From: Planctomycetota bacterium | GTDB taxonomy: Bacteria; Planctomycetota; PLA2; JAEUHO01 | NCBI GenBank assembly: GCA_050248855.1 | Contig: JBFWRP010000003.1 | Coordinates: 32,001 to 96,000, forward strand | Direction of reading: 5' to 3' | Length of the DNA stretch: 64,000 nucleotides | Part shown: positions 58,240 to 64,000 of the stretch, one piece after another | Numbering within the stretch: the stretch's first letter is position 1 | How the letters are laid out: each line of letters starts with the position of its first letter | Made by a program: the position numbers and the translations under genes | Notes under the pieces: generated by a model | The model's database searches: none | What the model saw: only the letters and a program-made list of their open reading frames with translations | Told to the model about the DNA's origin: nothing

Positions 58240-60045
58240 CTACGGGGCGAGCGTGACGAAGTGCATACCGGGCCCCGGCATCACGCGTCGGATGTCGGCG
58301 GGCTCCAGCCCAGCGGCTTCCACTTGGACCCGCAGCGGACGCTCCGGCAGGTAGGCCGGGATCTCGAGCACGCCGTTCGCGTCGGTACGCAGCTCGTCGA
58401 GCGGCGGGGGCAAGAGGAGCGGGGGGCCACCGTCGTCCACCGAGAGCACGACGCGCGCACCCCGGATCGGCAGACCGGAAGGCGTGTGCACGCGCAGCGC
58501 CAGCGCGCGTGCGGGGTCGCCCGCCGCCATCTCGACCTGCTGCGTACCTGCCGCGACGACGGCGCCCGCGGCCCGGGTCACGAAACCCTCTTGCCACGCC
58601 ACGACCTCCACGTCGCCGTGGGGGAAGGGACCCAGGCGCACGGAGCCATCCGCCCCCGTCCGTCCGCGATGCGCAAGCGGCATGCGACCGTCGGCGACCG
58701 AGCGGGCCAGCACGTGCATGCCGGCGTGCAGCGTCCCGGCGTGCACGACGAGCCATGCGCCCTCCACGCCCGGCGGGAGCGCGACGGCTTGGCCCGCGTC
58801 GACCTGCGCCGTACGTGGCGCATGCACACCGTCCTGGACCAGGAGCGTGACGTCGCCGGCGTGGGCGGGCACGGCGACGTGCTCGAGGGGGCCGCGCCCC
58901 TGCGTCACGACGGTCAGACGACCGCCGCGATCGCCGCGGGGGCCGTCCTGCGTGGCACCGCGTGCCGTGGCTGTCCACGAAGCGGGCAGCGTCTCGCCGT
59001 CGGGGAGGCCGATCGCCTGGCGTGCGAGTCGCGCATCCACCTGCAAGGGCTCGCCCTCGGGCACGGTCATGCGCAGCGTCACCTCGAGGCCCTCGCTCGT
59101 GCCCCACGCCAGCTCGACGGTCTCGCCCGCGGGCCAGCGGGCCGGATCCAGGCGCAGCGCCCCGTCCGGGCCGCGCGCCACCGGCTCGTAGGCAGCCTCG
59201 CTGTCCGCCGGCCGCACACGCACCTCGACGCCGTCGGGCAGCCCCTGCACGCGCGCGACCACGCGCCCCGCAGCGTCACCCAACCGCCAGTGCAAGGGCC
59301 CGCTCTCGCGCAAGCTGACCCACGTGCTGTCCGCGTCGGGCCCGTCCTTCAAGCGCAGCCGGACGACGTCCTGAAGGCGGTCCACGCGCACGCGCCCCGC
59401 GGCGTCGGCACGCAGCGTGTCGAGCACGTCGCCATCGGCGCCAAGGGCCTCGACGAGTGCGCCCGCCGCCGGAGGCCCCGCCCCCGTGCTCTCCAGCGTC
59501 ACCTCCCGCGGCTGGGGGGTCCTGAGCGGCGGCGTGGCCTGGGGTGGCAAGTGCACGGTCCACGGGCCGCTGCTGGCGGGTGTGCCCGCCGCGCCGGCGC
59601 CCAGATGGCGCAGATCGCGCTGACCATGGCGTACGCGCAGGCCCTGGGCCAGCACCTCGCGGCGATCGAGACGCGTCCACCCGCGCGCGTCGGGCTGCGC
59701 ACTCATCGCACCACCGGCGCCCGCACCGAGCCGTGCGTCGGTCGCGGGCGTGCCGTCGGCGGCCAGCACGAGGACCTGGACCTCGTTGGCTCCGGGGAGC
59801 GGCAGCGGGCGATCGCTCTCGGTCGGTCGGGCGACGCCCACGTCGGGGTCCGCCGTCTCGTCGTCGCGCTTCGGACGATCGTCGCGTCGTTGCGCCGACG
59901 GCAGCGGCCGCGCCTCCCAGCCGCTGCCGCCTCCGCCGGGCCAGGTCCCGGGCAGCCAGCGGTTGAGCTCGAGCAACAGCGCGAGCAGCAACAGCAGGAG
60001 CAACACCACGAGCGTGCGACGGAGGCGCAGGCGGGGTCGGGACAT
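58240..60045 (-). CDS. Membrane-anchored protein with repeated carboxypeptidase-regulatory-like beta-sandwich domains
   Basis: N-terminal TM; repeated G.P..GA.V and .TDA.G motifs. Confidence 0.65.
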   Translation of the reverse strand: MSRPRLRLRRTLVVLLLLLLLALLLELNRWLPGTWPGGGGSGWEARPLPSAQRRDDRPKRDDETADPDVGVARPTESDRPLPLPGANEVQVLVLAADGTPATDARLGAGAGGAMSAQPDARGWTRLDRREVLAQGLRVRHGQRDLRHLGAGAAGTPASSGPWTVHLPPQATPPLRTPQPREVTLESTGAGPPAAGALVEALGADGDVLDTLRADAAGRVRVDRLQDVVRLRLKDGPDADSTWVSLRESGPLHWRLGDAAGRVVARVQGLPDGVEVRVRPADSEAAYEPVARGPDGALRLDPARWPAGETVELAWGTSEGLEVTLRMTVPEGEPLQVDARLARQAIGLPDGETLPASWTATARGATQDGPRGDRGGRLTVVTQGRGPLEHVAVPAHAGDVTLLVQDGVHAPRTAQVDAGQAVALPPGVEGAWLVVHAGTLHAGMHVLARSVADGRMPLAHRGRTGADGSVRLGPFPHGDVEVVAWQEGFVTRAAGAVVAAGTQQVEMAAGDPARALALRVHTPSGLPIRGARVVLSVDDGGPPLLLPPPLDELRTDANGVLEIPAYLPERPLRVQVEAAGLEPADIRRVMPGPGMHFVTLAP

Positions 60046-60088
60046 GGCTCCCAAGCCTACGGCAGGTCCGGCCCGGCCGCGGAAGAGG

Positions 60089-61681
60089 TCAGCGGAAGAG
60101 TGCCGCCCAGCGGGAGCCGCGGTACCGCTCGTGCCCCCGTGCGAGCAAGTGCGAGCGGATGGGGCTGGAAGGCCGCATCTGCGAGATCTCCTCGAGGTCC
60201 TGGAGCGCGTCCAGGCCGCGGCGTGCGTCTTCGGCCAGCGCGCCCGCGCCAGCGCGGGAGGTGACCGCGGCGAGGGATGCGCGCGACGCGTCGAGCCGCC
60301 CGGCCTCGGCCGCTGCGAACGCCTCTAGGATGCGCGCCTCGGCCCAGGGAGCCTGGGGGTCGAGCGGAGGATCGGCCTCCACGTTCATGCGTACGGCGCG
60401 GTACCCCCCGGCCACGTGCCCGGGCTCCGCGGAGGCCCGTGCGCGTGTCGGCGGCTCGTCCGTGATCGGCTTGCCCACGGGAATCGCCGTCGGCTTGTTC
60501 GCCGACTGGTCGCCGTCGGGGCTGCCGTAGAGCTGCACTTCGGGGGCCGTGAACGGCTCGTGGGCTTGCGCGAGCTGCTCGGGCGCATCGACCGCCGAGG
60601 CCCGCTGACCGTCGACGCGCCGCACGGCGGGAGGCGGAAGGTGCGGGGCGCCGGGCGAGTGGGGCGGCCCGGGGAGCACGCAGTCCGGGGCCGTGCGAGA
60701 GGGCCGCGTGGGCTGGGCTCCGCCATCGGCTGTGGGCGCACGGTCCTCGCCGGGCCCGGGCGCCACGTACGTGGTGCGTCCGAGCGGGCCGCCGCGGAGC
60801 TCCGCCTGGGACCACGTCCTGAGCTCGGCGGGCGCGTCGCTGCCCGGCAAGTCGGCCAGCAGCGCATCGGGCGACAGCTCGGCTTCCTGGTCGTCGTACA
60901 CCACGGGGCCGTCGAGGAGCGCCGAGGGCGCATCGCAGCCGCCGGGCCCGCAGAGCGGGGCAGGCGCCTTGCCGCTTCCGCAGCGACCGCCGATGCAGAC
61001 GCCCACGCCGTCTTCCGTGCTGAGCACCGTCTTGCGCTGGGCGCGCTCCGCCTCGTCGGCCGCGGGGTGCTCGGGATCCGGCGGCACGGTGTCGGCGTGG
61101 GCGAGCGGCGCGTCGCTCTCGGGATGCACGGCCGAGTCACCGTCCGGCTGGCCCTTGCGCTTGCGCTCGGCCACGGCGAAGACGTACTCGGCGCGCGCCA
61201 GGAACGCCTCGTACTGCTGGTCGGTCAGCCGGCCGCCCCAACCCGTGATCCAGCGGCCTTCCTCGTCGAGGAACCCCGCCCACGGCAGCTTGCGCAGCTG
61301 CGCCGCGGGCACCCAGCGTTGGAAGATGCGCTGCACCCGCGCATCGGGGAAGCGGGCGTCGATCGCCAAGCCGACCGCGATGCGCTGCAGGCGCTCGCGG
61401 AAGCCGGGCGTGGGGACGAGCCGCGTCACGAGGTCGCGGCAGTTGCCGCAGCCGGGCTTGCCCAGCTCCACGAAGATGAACTTGTGGTCGAGGCGGGCCC
61501 GATGCCGCGCGGCGTCGAGGTCGTGGAACCAGTCGAGCGTGTCCCCGTCATCGAAGTGGGGGTGGCCGCCGCGCGCCTCGGCCGAACGTGCGCCGAAGCC
61601 CAGGAGCAGGCCCGTCATCACGACGACCCCGAAGCTCCACGCCATCCCGAAGCTTGGCGACGCCGCCCGTCGTCTGGCCAT
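60089..61681 (-). CDS. Exported thioredoxin-like (CxxC) protein with a low-complexity linker and a helical C-terminal domain
   Basis: Signal peptide; WFHDLDAARHRA...KFIFVELGKPGCGNC. Confidence 0.7.
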   Translation of the reverse strand: MARRRAASPSFGMAWSFGVVVMTGLLLGFGARSAEARGGHPHFDDGDTLDWFHDLDAARHRARLDHKFIFVELGKPGCGNCRDLVTRLVPTPGFRERLQRIAVGLAIDARFPDARVQRIFQRWVPAAQLRKLPWAGFLDEEGRWITGWGGRLTDQQYEAFLARAEYVFAVAERKRKGQPDGDSAVHPESDAPLAHADTVPPDPEHPAADEAERAQRKTVLSTEDGVGVCIGGRCGSGKAPAPLCGPGGCDAPSALLDGPVVYDDQEAELSPDALLADLPGSDAPAELRTWSQAELRGGPLGRTTYVAPGPGEDRAPTADGGAQPTRPSRTAPDCVLPGPPHSPGAPHLPPPAVRRVDGQRASAVDAPEQLAQAHEPFTAPEVQLYGSPDGDQSANKPTAIPVGKPITDEPPTRARASAEPGHVAGGYRAVRMNVEADPPLDPQAPWAEARILEAFAAAEAGRLDASRASLAAVTSRAGAGALAEDARRGLDALQDLEEISQMRPSSPIRSHLLARGHERYRGSRWAALFR

Positions 61682-61798
61682 GCAACCCTCCCGCGCACGC
61701 CGCAGTCGTGAGCGGTGTGCTGGCGGCTACAAGACCTGGGGGTCCAACCGCCTTCCCTACACTACAGGCGGTTGCCCCCGCGGAAAGCACGGAGAACG

Positions 61799-63190
61799 TC
61801 AGGAGTCGAAGAGCGGGCTCCAGATCGTCCCGGCCAAGTCGCGCGCGGCGCGCTCGCGGTAGCGCTCGCGCTCCGATGCACTGGTCGCCTGGTCCATGCG
61901 CTTGGCGTTGTAGATGGCGACGCCGCCCTTGGCGGCCTCGCGCGCGGCGGACGTGTCGGGCAGACGCTCGGCGATGGAGCGCAGGGTTTCCTGGGCAGCG
62001 GGGTAGCGCTTGCCACGGATCTGGGCGTAGGCCGCGAGCAGCTGCTCGCGGCCCCACGGCCCTGCCTCGGCCGACAGGGCCGCGGGCAACGTCGGTCCCG
62101 CGTCCGCGCCGGCGAGCGACGTCGGCAGCAGGGCGCCCGGTGCCACGGGAGGAGGCGTGGGGTCGAAGCCGGGCGGGTCCGACGGCATGCCCGACGTCGT
62201 GCTGCCGCCGGGCGGCGCGTCGCCCGGCGAACCCGGCCCGCGCGAAGCCACCGGCGCGGGCCACGTCGGGTCCGGCGCCACGGTCGTGTCCGGCGCGGGC
62301 GATGGCGCCACCACCTCACCCGGCCAGGGCGCGGCCGGGGTGGTCTCCGACGGCGTCGGCGCGATCGGGGTCGGGCCCGCTACGGGCACTTCGACCCACG
62401 GCGTGTGGACGCGCGGCGCGAACCCGCGGACCTGCGCGACGTCCGCCGACAGCTGGGCCGGCGAGCGCTTGCCCCAGAAGCCGTGGAGCCAGCCCAGCTC
62501 GGCGTCCACGAAGGCGACGAGCGGCATCAGGCTCGCGCCGGGCAGGTGGTCGTAGACGAAGCGGTGGACGTCGGGCCGTTCCGCGGTGCTGGCCATGTAC
62601 GTGTAGCCGACGGCGACGGAGGCCACCTCGCGGAGCCGGGCGGGCACGACACTGGCGCGGAACTCCTCGCAGAGGTGACAGCCCGGGTTGGACGCGACGA
62701 CGAGGATCAGCTTGCCCTGCGCGCGCGCGTCTTCCTGGGCGGCGGCGAAGCTCGTGTGCCAGCGCCACGGCCGCTGCTCGAAGGCGGGCACGCGCTGGGT
62801 GGTGACCGTCGCGCCGGGGCTCGCGTACGGCGGTGCGGGGGCAGCCGGTTCCGGCGCCGCGTACTCGGTGCCGGGGCCCGCGAACACCTCCGGCGGCGCC
62901 TCCGTGACGAAGGCCTCGTCGGCCACCCGGGAGGGCGCTCCAGCCGGCGTGCCGCCCGGGGACACGTAGGTGGTCCCGCCGAAGCCCGTCGACGCGGGGT
63001 GATCGCCCGGCGCCACGCCCACGCCGCCGTAGGAGGTGACGCCCGGCTCCCAGGGATTGTCGTCCAGCGCCGCGTACTCGTTGCCGAAGGCGGCGACCGG
63101 CGGCGGGGGCAGCGGTGTCGGCGACCCGCGGCACGCGCCGAGCAGGGCCAGGGGCGTGGCCAGGAGGGCCAACAGGCGTCGCAGTCGCAT
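61799..63190 (-). CDS. Thioredoxin-like (CxxC) lipoprotein, paralog of the adjacent gene
   Basis: Lipobox [35 protein letters not shown]. Confidence 0.7.
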   Translation of the reverse strand: MRLRRLLALLATPLALLGACRGSPTPLPPPPVAAFGNEYAALDDNPWEPGVTSYGGVGVAPGDHPASTGFGGTTYVSPGGTPAGAPSRVADEAFVTEAPPEVFAGPGTEYAAPEPAAPAPPYASPGATVTTQRVPAFEQRPWRWHTSFAAAQEDARAQGKLILVVASNPGCHLCEEFRASVVPARLREVASVAVGYTYMASTAERPDVHRFVYDHLPGASLMPLVAFVDAELGWLHGFWGKRSPAQLSADVAQVRGFAPRVHTPWVEVPVAGPTPIAPTPSETTPAAPWPGEVVAPSPAPDTTVAPDPTWPAPVASRGPGSPGDAPPGGSTTSGMPSDPPGFDPTPPPVAPGALLPTSLAGADAGPTLPAALSAEAGPWGREQLLAAYAQIRGKRYPAAQETLRSIAERLPDTSAAREAAKGGVAIYNAKRMDQATSASERERYRERAARDLAGTIWSPLFDS

Positions 63191-63546
63191 CCTGGTCTCC
63201 CCGTCGGCACGGCATGGGGGCCGTCCGACGAACCGCACCACGCTACCGCCCCGAGCCCACTGCCTTAAGCCTGGGTCGCACGCAGCGGCGCAGCGGCCGG
63301 GCATCCTCTTGTCACTTTGTCACCCCTCTGTGGTGGGGGCGGGAGGCCCCTGACAGCTTGGCAGCGTGGGCCCGCCCTGCCGTGCTGCGAAGTTCTCCCA
63401 ACGTACTTCCTGGAAAGGACTTGCGCGCGGGGCCCGGAGCCCGGCACGCCCTTGGCAAGGCGCGGGGCAGCCTCCCGAAGCGGCGGGGGGCGCGCTGCGT
63501 ACCTGCCGGGCCGCCCTTGCGGCCGGGCGGAAGGAGACCTCGCCCC

Positions 63547-64000
63547 ATGGGTGCCAAGCAACTGTCCTTCGACCAGGAAGCCCGCGAGAAGATCCGCGCC
63601 GGCGTCACCAAGCTCGCCCGCGCCGTGAAGGTCACCTACGGCCCGCGCGGTCGCAATGCCGTCATCGACAAGGGCTGGGGCAGCCCCACGATCACGAAGG
63701 ACGGCGTCACCGTGGCCGAGGAGGTCGAGCTGCGGGACCCCTACGAGAACATGGGCGCGCAGCTCGTGAAGGAGGCCGCCACGAAGACGAGCGACGTGGC
63801 CGGTGACGGCACCACGACGGCGACCGTGCTGGCCGAGGCGCTCTTCCTCGAGGCCCACAAGGTGGTCGCCGCGGGTGCGAGCGTCGCCGGCGTCACGCGC
63901 GGCGTGCGCCAGGCCACGGACACGGTCGTGGCCGAGCTCGCGAAGATGGCGCGCAAGGTCTCGGCCGACAAGGCGCACGTCAAGCACGTCGCCACCATCG
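63547..64000 (+). CDS. groEL: Chaperonin GroEL (truncated by the window end)
   Basis: Manual translation gives [16 protein letters not shown]...[26 protein letters not shown]...[21 protein letters not shown]. Confidence 0.96.
   Translation, partial: MGAKQLSFDQEAREKIRAGVTKLARAVKVTYGPRGRNAVIDKGWGSPTITKDGVTVAEEVELRDPYENMGAQLVKEAATKTSDVAGDGTTTATVLAEALFLEAHKVVAAGASVAGVTRGVRQATDTVVAELAKMARKVSADKAHVKHVATI

Overview
High-GC bacterial chromosomal segment. The gene content (HEAT-repeat and prenyltransferase/squalene-oxidase-repeat proteins, a kinase-FGE fusion, CxxGxC-type secreted proteins, groEL with no upstream groES) suggests Planctomycetota, which is an inference. Housekeeping genes: typA, pyk, prfB with its programmed +1 frameshift, purH, rnc, mfd, rpsT, def, ribF, tRNA-Phe, cutA, asnB and a partial groEL. 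No integrase, transposase, reverse transcriptase or CRISPR array was seen. The most notable structure is a tandem array of five paralogous alpha/alpha-toroid (QW-repeat) proteins at 34.7-42.9 kb. Three of them carry a TonB/TolA-like SxxxH membrane anchor and an acidic linker, and four are each preceded by the same GAACC-N15-CGTT ECF-sigma-type promoter. The array also shows gene-conversion-like mosaicism and contains AT-richer palindromic elements. Other points of interest: an RNase III with a ~290-aa RNase E-like disordered tail; a LOG nucleosidase with apparent dUTPase-like and deaminase-like relic domains; an AI-2E transporter with a baseplate-J-like insert; an adenylate cyclase fused to an extracytoplasmic toroid; mosaic REP-like elements between convergent genes; a 29-bp motif shared by two divergent promoter regions; and a frequent leaderless-type (TAnnnT-N6-9-start) gene architecture. 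All domain calls come from motif recognition by eye, not database searches.
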